NCBI GenBank assembly: GCA_021161565.1
Contig: JAGHAK010000020.1
Coordinates: 1 to 33,040 of the forward strand
Length of the DNA: 33,040 nucleotides
Source of the DNA: Elusimicrobiota bacterium
GTDB lineage: Bacteria > CG03
Reading direction: 5' to 3'
In this document: positions 8,947-16,095 of the stretch, one piece after another
Position numbering within the stretch: position 1 is the stretch's first letter
Layout of the letters: each line of letters starts with the position of its first letter
The notes under the pieces: model-generated
What the model saw: the letters and a program-made list of their open reading frames with translations, nothing else
Told to the model about the DNA's origin: nothing
Database searches by the model: none
Made by a program: the position numbers and the translations under genes

Positions 8947-10153
8947 AATTCTTCAGGCTGGTCTTGAGATAGGTTCTTCTCATATTAAGTGTGTCATAGG
9001 GAAAGTGTCGGGTGAGACAATCAGAGTCCTTGGCGCTTCTTCCACGAGGTGCAAGGGTATTCAGGACGGCAATGTCGTTAATATTGCGAAGACAATCGAG
9101 GCGATTAGGGAAGTTGTTGGAATGTCCGAAGAGCAGGCGAAGCAGAACATAAATTATGTGAATCTCGGGCTTCACGGGCTGCACATCCAGTCGCAAAACC
9201 ATATCGGCGCGATAGGAATTGTCTCGCAGGACAGGGAAATAGGCGTCCATGACATTCGTCAGGTTCTGGAATCGGCGCGTGGTTCGAGTCATTACACAAT
9301 GGGAACGCAGATAATACACACGATTCCGCAGGAATACATTGTCGATAATCAGCGCGGCGTTGTCGATCCTCAGGGAATGGTCGCGAATCATTTGAAAGTA
9401 AATGTCCACATCGTCACGGCGCTCACCTCCGCCATAATAAATCTCAGAAGATGCGTGGAGAAGGCGGGTTTCGGAATAAATCATTTGATTTTGGCGTCGC
9501 TGGCGGCGTCCGATGTTATTTTGCTTGACGAGGAAAGGGACATAGGATGTATTCTCATCGACTTCGGCGGGCGGTTGTGCGAAGTCAGTTATTATTCTTC
9601 CGGGGCGATTCGGGGATTCGCGGCGTTCTCCAACGCCAGCGACAACATTACGGGCGACCTTGCTTATTTTTTCAAAACTTCCCATGAAGAAGCCGCGAGA
9701 ATAAAAGAGGATTTCGGGTTTGCGACTCCAGCCCATATTCCGAAAGAGGGCAAGGTAACCATAACGAAGATCGACGGCAGAACGAGAGAGGAAGTTCCGA
9801 TAAAGGCGGTTTCGAAGGCGATAAACGACAGGCTTGAAGACATATTCGAAAGAGTCAACGCGCAGATTGCGAAGTTTGTCGGAAGGCCGGAGATGATAGC
9901 CAGTTGCGTGGTCACCGGCGGCGGCGCGAAACTTCCGGGCATCGCGGAGTTTTTTCAGGAAAGAACGGGGATTATCACCCGTCTCGGGCTTGTGAGAAAC
10001 TGCATAGGAGACGATGAAGTTGTAAACGACCCCGCCTATACCGCGGCAATAGGGCTTTTGAAATACGACATAACAAAGGAAGCCCCCACGCTCGGCGGCA
10101 AAAGCGGCCACCGGAGAAAAGGGCTTATCGAGTGGCTGAGAAAAATTTTTTAA
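8936..10153 (+). CDS. ftsA: Cell division protein FtsA
   Basis: GLEIGSSHI, 1C domain 'IIHTIPQEYIVD...DPQGM', TGGGAKLPG, C-terminal amphipathic helix GLIEWLRKIF. Confidence 0.92.
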   Translation: MASEILQAGLEIGSSHIKCVIGKVSGETIRVLGASSTRCKGIQDGNVVNIAKTIEAIREVVGMSEEQAKQNINYVNLGLHGLHIQSQNHIGAIGIVSQDREIGVHDIRQVLESARGSSHYTMGTQIIHTIPQEYIVDNQRGVVDPQGMVANHLKVNVHIVTALTSAIINLRRCVEKAGFGINHLILASLAASDVILLDEERDIGCILIDFGGRLCEVSYYSSGAIRGFAAFSNASDNITGDLAYFFKTSHEEAARIKEDFGFATPAHIPKEGKVTITKIDGRTREEVPIKAVSKAINDRLEDIFERVNAQIAKFVGRPEMIASCVVTGGGAKLPGIAEFFQERTGIITRLGLVRNCIGDDEVVNDPAYTAAIGLLKYDITKEAPTLGGKSGHRRKGLIEWLRKIF

Positions 10154-10172
10154 TATTTTTCGAGGAGGAGAA

Positions 10173-11249
10173 GTGAGAACGAACAAGTTTCTTGGAAAAG
10201 ATTGGATTGACGCGGAATTGGATTTCACAAAAGAGGAGTGGGAAACGCTGATTGAAGTCGGTCTCGAACTGAAAAAACGGCATGCGATGAATCAGGACCA
10301 GACTGAAATTTTGAAAGGAAAAACGCTTTTTACGATGTTTTTTAATCAGTCCCTTCGGACGAGAAGCACATTCGCCGCAGGCATTCAGCAGCTCGGAGGT
10401 TTTCATGTCGACCTCGAACCGGGAAAGACCTACACTCCCGCGCGGGAAGGTTTTGATATTCCGTATAAAACAGAGAGAATTGCAGATGTTTCGAGAATGC
10501 TCAACAGGGTGGGAGATGCGATAGCCATAAGGATGTATGGTCCGCCGGCTTACTGGATTTACGGATTTGCCAATTCCACAATCAAGGAATTCGCCCAGTA
10601 TGCCGAAATTCCGATAATAAATATGGAATGCGACAAGTATCATCCCACGCAGGCTCTCGCCGACCTGATTACGATAAAGGAGAAATTCGGCACATTCAAG
10701 GGAATCAATCTTACGATGTCGTGGGCGTATTCGGGTTCTATCGAAAAGCCACGGGCTGTGCCGCAGAGTGTGGTTCTCGCCGCCGCGAAAATGGGAATGA
10801 ATGTGACGCTCGCTCATCCTAAAGGTTTTGAACTCGACCCCGAAGTGATTGCGGCCTGCGAAAAGTTCTCCGCCGAAACTGACGGGTCTTTCAGAATTAC
10901 AAATGATTTCGACGAAGGTTTCAAAGGCGCGCATATTGTCTATCCCAAGTCATGGGGCTCCGTTTACTGTTTCAATTACACAGACAAAACAGGAAAAACC
11001 GTCAAGAAACAGGATTTGGAAAAGGCTGAGAAAGTCAACAACGAGAACAAAAACTGGAGAACGACAAAAAAGCAAATGGAACTCGTCGACAAGCATGGGA
11101 TTTATATGCACTGTCTTCCCGCAGACAGGGGCCAGGAAGTGGATGACGATGTTATTGACGGTGAGAGGTCTGTCGTGATTGACGAAGCGGAAAACCGTCT
11201 CCACGCCCACAAAGCGATTATGGCGATGATTATGGGCGGCAGACTATAA
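10173..11249 (+). CDS. Carbamoyltransferase, knotted (YgeW/N-acyl-ornithine type) subfamily, paralog A
   Basis: FFNQSLRTRS, HPTQ, SWAYSGSIEKPRAVPQS (compare YgeW-type WAYS...KP..VPQ), VYPKSWG, HCLP; no SMG loop; GTG start after GAGGAGG. Confidence 0.85.
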   Translation: MRTNKFLGKDWIDAELDFTKEEWETLIEVGLELKKRHAMNQDQTEILKGKTLFTMFFNQSLRTRSTFAAGIQQLGGFHVDLEPGKTYTPAREGFDIPYKTERIADVSRMLNRVGDAIAIRMYGPPAYWIYGFANSTIKEFAQYAEIPIINMECDKYHPTQALADLITIKEKFGTFKGINLTMSWAYSGSIEKPRAVPQSVVLAAAKMGMNVTLAHPKGFELDPEVIAACEKFSAETDGSFRITNDFDEGFKGAHIVYPKSWGSVYCFNYTDKTGKTVKKQDLEKAEKVNNENKNWRTTKKQMELVDKHGIYMHCLPADRGQEVDDDVIDGERSVVIDEAENRLHAHKAIMAMIMGGRL

Positions 11250-11270
11250 AATGCAAAAATCAAAAATCAA
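11248..11270 (+). repeat. 7-nt-period array
   Basis: AAAATGC AAAAATC AAAAATC AA; approximate reverse complement of the TTTTGCATTTT/TTTGATT tract at 41-94. Confidence 0.55.
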
Positions 11271-11291
11271 GAGGATAAAGAGGGGGATAAT

Positions 11292-12323
11292 ATGGCTAAG
11301 TCTGAACTTTTTGGAAAAGATTTAATCTGTTCCCAGGATTGGAGAAGGCCGGAACTCGACGAAATTCTGGAACTGGCGAAAAAGATGAAGGAAAAAAGAT
11401 TTTCGCCGGAATACACCAGCCTTCTAAAGGACAGAACATTTTTTATGTTTTTTTACAATCCTTCCGTGAGGACTCGTCAGAGTTTCGAATGCGCCGCAAC
11501 GGAACTCGGCGGCCACGCCCAGTTTCTTGAGCCCAAAACGATGAGATTGAAAACGGCCAAAAGCGCGGGCGAAACCACGGAAGACGCCGCCAAGGTTATG
11601 AGCAGATATGCTTGCGGGCTGGGAATCAGAATTCTCGAGGATAAAATTTCCGCATACGGTCAGGGCGACGCGCTTCTGCGCGAATACGCAAAATATGCGT
11701 CGATTCCCGTTGTCAGCATGGCTCACGACAAGTTTCATCCCTGTCAGGGTCTGGCCGACATAATGGGAATTGAGGAACATCTCGGCGAGGATTTGAAAGG
11801 CAAAAAAATTTTGATAACCTGGGCGCACGGGGCGCTTGCGAGAAGTTTATGCAGCGTGCAGGAAGCAGCTCTTTTGGCTTCGAGATACGGGATGGATGTG
11901 ACGATCGCTCATCCGGAAGGTTACGACCTTGACGCGGAAGTTATGGATGTTGTCGGAAAGAACTGCGCTGAAAACGGAGCGAAATTCGAAATTACCAACG
12001 ATGTGAAAGAAGGATACAGGGGGGCTCATGTTGTGTATTCCAGAAACTGGATGAGTCCGAATGCCTATCACGGCGGTGAATTCCACAAACAGGAAGAAAT
12101 AGAAAAGGCGCTTCGGTATACAGATTGGATTTGCGATGCCGAAAAAATGAAGCTTTCCGAAAACGCTCTTTTTACTCATCCTATGCCCATAGACAGAGGG
12201 CATGAGGTGACAGATGAAGTTGCTTCAGGTCCGCGCTCTATAATTTATGATGTTGCGGAAAACCGCCTTCATGTCCAGAAAGCGATAATGGCTCTGACAA
12301 TGAGCGAGAAATTGAATAAGTAA
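11292..12323 (+). CDS. Carbamoyltransferase, non-canonical paralog B
   Basis: FYNPSVRTRQSF, HPCQGLAD, TWAHGALARS, YSRNW, HPMP in place of HCLP, AENRLH. Confidence 0.85.
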   Translation: MAKSELFGKDLICSQDWRRPELDEILELAKKMKEKRFSPEYTSLLKDRTFFMFFYNPSVRTRQSFECAATELGGHAQFLEPKTMRLKTAKSAGETTEDAAKVMSRYACGLGIRILEDKISAYGQGDALLREYAKYASIPVVSMAHDKFHPCQGLADIMGIEEHLGEDLKGKKILITWAHGALARSLCSVQEAALLASRYGMDVTIAHPEGYDLDAEVMDVVGKNCAENGAKFEITNDVKEGYRGAHVVYSRNWMSPNAYHGGEFHKQEEIEKALRYTDWICDAEKMKLSENALFTHPMPIDRGHEVTDEVASGPRSIIYDVAENRLHVQKAIMALTMSEKLNK

Positions 12324-12333
12324 GGGAGGAAAA

Positions 12334-13299
12334 ATGTCAAAAGTTGCTGTTGTTGCGGTCGGCGGTAATTCGCTGATAAAGGATAAAGAACATCAGGCGG
12401 TTCCCGACCAGTATATGGCTGCTGTCGAAACAATGAAGCACATCGCGACAATGATTCAGAGCGGCTGGGATGTTGTCGTTACCCATGGCAATGGTCCGCA
12501 GGTCGGTTTTATTCTTCTGAGAAGCGAAGCGGGGAAAAAAGTTTTCGGGCTTCACACTGTTCCGCTTGATTCCTGCGGCGCCGACACACAGGGAGCGATT
12601 GGATACAATTTCCAGCAGGCTCTTTCCAACGAATTCAGGCGCAGAGGGGTCAATAAATCGGTTGCCACTGTTGTCACGAGAGTTCTTGTTGACAAAGACG
12701 ATCCCGCATTTCAAAATCCGACAAAACCTATAGGGCCTTTTCTCGAAAAAGAAGAAGCGATGATGAGAAAGGAGAAAGAAGGTTGGAATGTGATGGAAGA
12801 CGCCGGTCGCGGCTGGCGCAGAGTCGTTCCCTCTCCGGACCCGAAGTCCATACTTGAAGAAAAAGCAATTGAAACTCTTGTCAGGGGAGGTTTTGTCGTT
12901 ATAGCGGTCGGCGGCGGCGGCATTCCCGTGATAGAGGTCAAGAAAAAAAATATCATAAAGGGCTGCGCAGCGGTGATTGACAAGGATTTTGCTTCATCGC
13001 TTCTCGCCTCCAACATAAATGCGGATTTGTTTTTGATATCCACGGCGGTCGAGAAAGTTTGTCTCAATTTCGGCTCGCCTGATGAGAAAAAAATTGATAA
13101 AATGACTCTTTCGGAAGCGAAGAAATATAAGGAAGAAGGGCATTTTAAAAAGGGCAGTATGCTTCCCAAGATTGAAGCGGTGATAAGGTTCCTTGAAAAA
13201 GGCGGTAAGCAGGCGCTTATTACCTGCCCGGAGAAGATAGAAGAAGCCCTTGCCGGAAAAACGGGAACCTGGATTGTTTCCGAAAATTTGCGGGCGTAG
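12334..13299 (+). CDS. arcC: Carbamate kinase
   Basis: VAVGGNS, THGNGPQVG, PTKPIGPF, GRGWRRVVPSP, GGGGIPV, AVIDKD, GSMLPK. Confidence 0.95.
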   Translation: MSKVAVVAVGGNSLIKDKEHQAVPDQYMAAVETMKHIATMIQSGWDVVVTHGNGPQVGFILLRSEAGKKVFGLHTVPLDSCGADTQGAIGYNFQQALSNEFRRRGVNKSVATVVTRVLVDKDDPAFQNPTKPIGPFLEKEEAMMRKEKEGWNVMEDAGRGWRRVVPSPDPKSILEEKAIETLVRGGFVVIAVGGGGIPVIEVKKKNIIKGCAAVIDKDFASSLLASNINADLFLISTAVEKVCLNFGSPDEKKIDKMTLSEAKKYKEEGHFKKGSMLPKIEAVIRFLEKGGKQALITCPEKIEEALAGKTGTWIVSENLRA

Positions 13300-13363
13300 T
13301 TCAGTTGGCTAGAACGCAACCTTGCCAAGGTTGAGGTCGTGGGTTCGAACCCCATCGCCCGCT
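13290..13363 (+). tRNA. tRNA-Gly(GCC), CCA not encoded
   Basis: Acceptor GCGGGCG/CGCCCGC, D-stem GTTC/GAAC, anticodon stem CAACC/GGTTG with loop TTGCCAA, T-loop TTCGAAC, discriminator T. Confidence 0.96.
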
Positions 13364-13589
13364 TTATTGCTTTGCAGGGTTCGAAGCCGACCCGAGCGCA
13401 TCCTTAACGGATGAAAAGCGAAGCGTCAGCGAGGGCGGCAGGCTTCGGCGGGTGCCGGTCGCGATGAATAAAGAGCGACGACCGAGCCCAAAGGGCGAGG
13501 GAAAGGCACGGGCGCGAGGCGGTGAGCGCCCCGGGTCCGAAGGACAGTGGCTACGACGGGGGAGAAGGAACCCCATCGCCCGCTTTATT
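13347..13589 (+). repeat. 22-bp direct repeat of the tRNA-Gly 3' end (13347-13368 and 13568-13589)
   Basis: GAACCCCATCGCCCGCTTTATT is present twice, identical, 221 bp apart. Confidence 0.92.
13377..13573 (+). ncRNA. Putative structured RNA or miniature tRNA-associated element of unknown family
   Basis: GC-rich, no credible ORF, closed by GGGTTC/GAACCC with at least five internal helices (see findings). Confidence 0.5.
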
Positions 13590-13590
13590 A

Positions 13591-13639
13591 AGCGAATAGA
13601 GAATAGCGAATAGAGGCGAGAGATTAGAGATTAGAGGTT
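13591..13639 (+). repeat. 7-nt-period purine-rich array
   Basis: AGCGAAT AGAGAAT AGCGAAT AGAGGCG AGAGATT AGAGATT AGAGGTT. Confidence 0.75.
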
Positions 13640-13659
13640 GGGAGAAAACTGGAGGTAAA

Positions 13660-14175
13660 ATGTTTCTTCAGGATGTGGTTTCGGAAAAGACGATAATTAC
13701 TGATTTGGAAGTCGCAGACAAAGAGGAAGTTTTGAAGAAGATGACAGAAGTTCTCGATTCCGCCGGCGTTCTTTCCGACAGGAATAAGTTTTATGATTCC
13801 GTTATAGAACGAGAAAGCCTCGAATCCACCGCAATCGGCGATGGTATCGCGATTCCGCACGCCAAAGGCGATTTTGTGAAAAAGATTTTTTGCTGTTTCG
13901 CCCGGCTAAAAAACGCCGTTGATTTTAATTCCCTCGACGGGAATCCCGTAAAAATGGTTTTTCTTGTCGCCGCGCCCGCGGATATGAACAGAGAATACAT
14001 ACAAATCGTCGCCAAAGCCGCGCGACTCTTGAAGAGCGGCGTTATGAGAGAACATCTTCACAACGCGGCAACGCCGAAAGATGTTCTCGCGATTTTCAGC
14101 GATTTCGATAAAATTCTCCAGCAGTCCCTTTCCGTCAAAACAAAGGAAGGCAGGGTGATTCACAAAGATATGTGA
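13660..14175 (+). CDS. PTS EIIA component (fructose/mannitol/Ntr family)
   Basis: RESLESTAIGDGIAIPHAK with phospho-acceptor His; VDFNSLDGNPVKMVFL. Confidence 0.9.
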   Translation: MFLQDVVSEKTIITDLEVADKEEVLKKMTEVLDSAGVLSDRNKFYDSVIERESLESTAIGDGIAIPHAKGDFVKKIFCCFARLKNAVDFNSLDGNPVKMVFLVAAPADMNREYIQIVAKAARLLKSGVMREHLHNAATPKDVLAIFSDFDKILQQSLSVKTKEGRVIHKDM

Positions 14176-14191
14176 AAATGCGAAGACAAAA

Positions 14192-15064
14192 TTGGAAGAT
14201 TCGGTAGTAAGAAAGAGGGAACTGGAAGAAGTCGATTTCCTGCTTGAAAGATCTTTTGAGGAAGACGCCGTTTTCAATGATATAACCTCGCTGGCGCTTG
14301 TTTCGGGAAAAAGAATAAAATCCGCGATAATCACCCGCCAGACTTGCGTGGTGGCGGGCGTTGCTTTTCTTCCAGCCATTTTCGGAAAACGGGATAAAAA
14401 AATTTCCGTAAAAATTTTAAAAAAGGATGGTTCAGTCGCGAGGAAAAACTCGGTTATTTGCGAAATTACCGGCGATGCCGCATCCATTTTCTCGGTGGAG
14501 AGAATCGCGCTGAATCTGATAGGGTTTCTTTCGGGAATCGCCACAAAGACCCGTCGGCTGAGGAAAATAGCCGAAGCGAATTGGAAAAAGGGAAGAATCC
14601 CCGCGATTCTGGACACCAGAAAAACCGTTCCGGGTTTGAGATATCTTTCGAAATACGCCGTCCGCTGCGGCGGAGGGAAGAATCACAGGTTTGACCTCGC
14701 GGAAAGAGCAATGATCAAAGACAGTCACAAAGCGGTTTCCGGGATAAATTCCGCCGTTTGCAAGACGCCGTCGGGAGAAGTCATTTTCGAAGCGGACAAC
14801 GAAAAAGAAGCGGAAAAAATTTTGAGGATAAAACCTTTTGTCATTCTTTGCGACAATTTTTCTCCAGCGCGTCTGAAGAAAGTTGTAAGAATGAGAAACA
14901 AAATTTCCCCCGGCACGCTGATAGAAATTTCAGGAGGCGTAGACGAGAGGACAATCGCGAAATACAAAAATATTCCTATCGACAGGATTTCATCCGGTTC
15001 GATTACGCACTCGGCCGGCTTTATTGATTTTTCTCTTGAAGTCAGAAAAGCGAAGAGCGAATAG
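14192..15064 (+). CDS. nadC: Quinolinate phosphoribosyltransferase
   Basis: ERIALN..SGIAT, DTRKT.PGLR, NHR, IKD.H, ILCDN, EISGG, SGSITHS; TTG start uncertain. Confidence 0.9.
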   Translation: MEDSVVRKRELEEVDFLLERSFEEDAVFNDITSLALVSGKRIKSAIITRQTCVVAGVAFLPAIFGKRDKKISVKILKKDGSVARKNSVICEITGDAASIFSVERIALNLIGFLSGIATKTRRLRKIAEANWKKGRIPAILDTRKTVPGLRYLSKYAVRCGGGKNHRFDLAERAMIKDSHKAVSGINSAVCKTPSGEVIFEADNEKEAEKILRIKPFVILCDNFSPARLKKVVRMRNKISPGTLIEISGGVDERTIAKYKNIPIDRISSGSITHSAGFIDFSLEVRKAKSE

Positions 15065-15084
15065 GATATTGGGAGAGGATATAG

Positions 15085-15663
15085 ATGGAATTTCCCAAAA
15101 GAAAAATCGGGGATATTTTCTTTGATATTTTTCGTTCGAATGATTTTTATTTCGAAGAGGAATGCGATTCTACGCAGAAGAAGATAAGGGATAGAATAAT
15201 ACGGAATAAACCTGCGCTGTTTATGTGTTCGCGGCAGACGGCGGGTTACGGCAGGTTCGCTCGGAGGTTCTTTTCCCCGCCGGGCGGACTTTGGTTTTCT
15301 GTTTATATTCCTGCGAGTAGAATTCCCGAAAATTTGCCGTTTGCGTTATCCGAAGGAATAGGAAAATCGCTAAGTGAAAAATACGCGATAGCGCTTCGGA
15401 CAAAAAAACCGAATGACATTGTCGCGTTCAACGGAAGAAAACTTGCGGGTTTTCTGGTGACAAGATTTTTTCAGGGCGTCGAAATGTCGGGTTTTATCGT
15501 CGGTGTGGGAATGAATGTAAATAACAAGACGGAATTTGAGGGATTTTCGGCGGTTTCTCTTAAAGAACTTGTCGGAAAATCCGTGCCTCTTGAAGAAGTA
15601 TTTTTTATTTGCTTGAAAGTAATAAAAGAAAATTCGGCGGTCTCGAACCCCGCCCTTCCTTGA
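15085..15663 (+). CDS. birA: Biotin protein ligase, minimal catalytic domain only
   Basis: QTAGYGR..R.F.SPPGGLWFS, KPNDI, KLAG, GVGMNVN; no N-terminal HTH. Confidence 0.85.
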   Translation: MEFPKRKIGDIFFDIFRSNDFYFEEECDSTQKKIRDRIIRNKPALFMCSRQTAGYGRFARRFFSPPGGLWFSVYIPASRIPENLPFALSEGIGKSLSEKYAIALRTKKPNDIVAFNGRKLAGFLVTRFFQGVEMSGFIVGVGMNVNNKTEFEGFSAVSLKELVGKSVPLEEVFFICLKVIKENSAVSNPALP

Positions 15664-15670
15664 ATTTTAA

Positions 15671-15758
15671 GGCGGGATGCTGGAGTGGTTTATCAGGCCT
15701 GTCTCGAAAACAGGTGCCCTGCTTAGCGGGGCCGTAGGTTCGAATCCTACTCCCGCCG
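15671..15758 (+). tRNA. tRNA-Ser(CGA), CCA not encoded
   Basis: Acceptor GGCGGGA/TCCCGCC, anticodon stem CCTGT/ACAGG with CGA at 15705-15707, long variable arm, GTAGG-TTCGAAT-CCTAC, discriminator G. Confidence 0.95.
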
Positions 15759-15787
15759 TTGTTTATAATGGAATGGCGGGGCGAATC

Positions 15788-15807
15788 CCTGCCTGCCGGC
15801 AGGCAGG
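15788..15807. repeat. Perfect 20-bp palindrome (REP-like)
   Basis: CCTGCCTGCCGGCAGGCAGG is its own reverse complement. Confidence 0.85.
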
Positions 15808-15843
15808 CTCCCACCTCCATTGTTAGGGAAGTCCCGCAAAGAA

Positions 15844-15871
15844 TTGAAAAATTTGAAAAAAATTGTAAAAT
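15844..15871 (+). promoter_or_regulatory. Putative sigma70 promoter for the ferredoxin
   Basis: TTGAAA-16 bp-TAAAAT in an AT-rich gap; GGAGGAG RBS before ATG 15900. Confidence 0.5.
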
Positions 15872-15899
15872 TAAAGAAATTTCTTGAATTGGAGGAGTA

Positions 15900-16088
15900 A
15901 TGAAAGTTACTGTTGATGAAAATCTTTGCACCGGCTGCAGTCTGTGCGAGCAGACCTGTTCCGAAGTTTTTGAAGTTGTCGACGGAGTCGCCAAAGTGAA
16001 AGTCGCTGTTGTTCCGTCTCATCTCGAAGAGCAGGCGAAAGAAGCGGCAGAAAACTGCCCTGTGGAAGCGATTTCCGTAAGCGAATAA
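15900..16088 (+). CDS. Single-cluster ferredoxin
   Basis: CTGCSLC (CxxCxxC) plus distal CPVEAI; 62 aa, acidic, strong RBS. Confidence 0.92.
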   Translation: MKVTVDENLCTGCSLCEQTCSEVFEVVDGVAKVKVAVVPSHLEEQAKEAAENCPVEAISVSE

Positions 16089-16095
16089 AAAGATT

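Noticed and set aside
8900-10228. 442-aa minus-strand ORF
   Set aside because: Antisense shadow of ftsA with no recognisable motifs
10173-13299. Standard arginine deiminase (arcABC) or agmatine deiminase operon
   Set aside because: No deiminase or antiporter in the window, and both transferases lack the SMG loop
12711-13576. Minus-strand ORFs 12711-13355 and 13364-13576
   Set aside because: Antisense readings of arcC, tRNA-Gly and the GC-rich structured element
13347-13589. Prophage/ICE attL-attR pair or CRISPR array
   Set aside because: Only two repeats 221 bp apart, with no integrase or cas genes; kept only as a miniature element or scar
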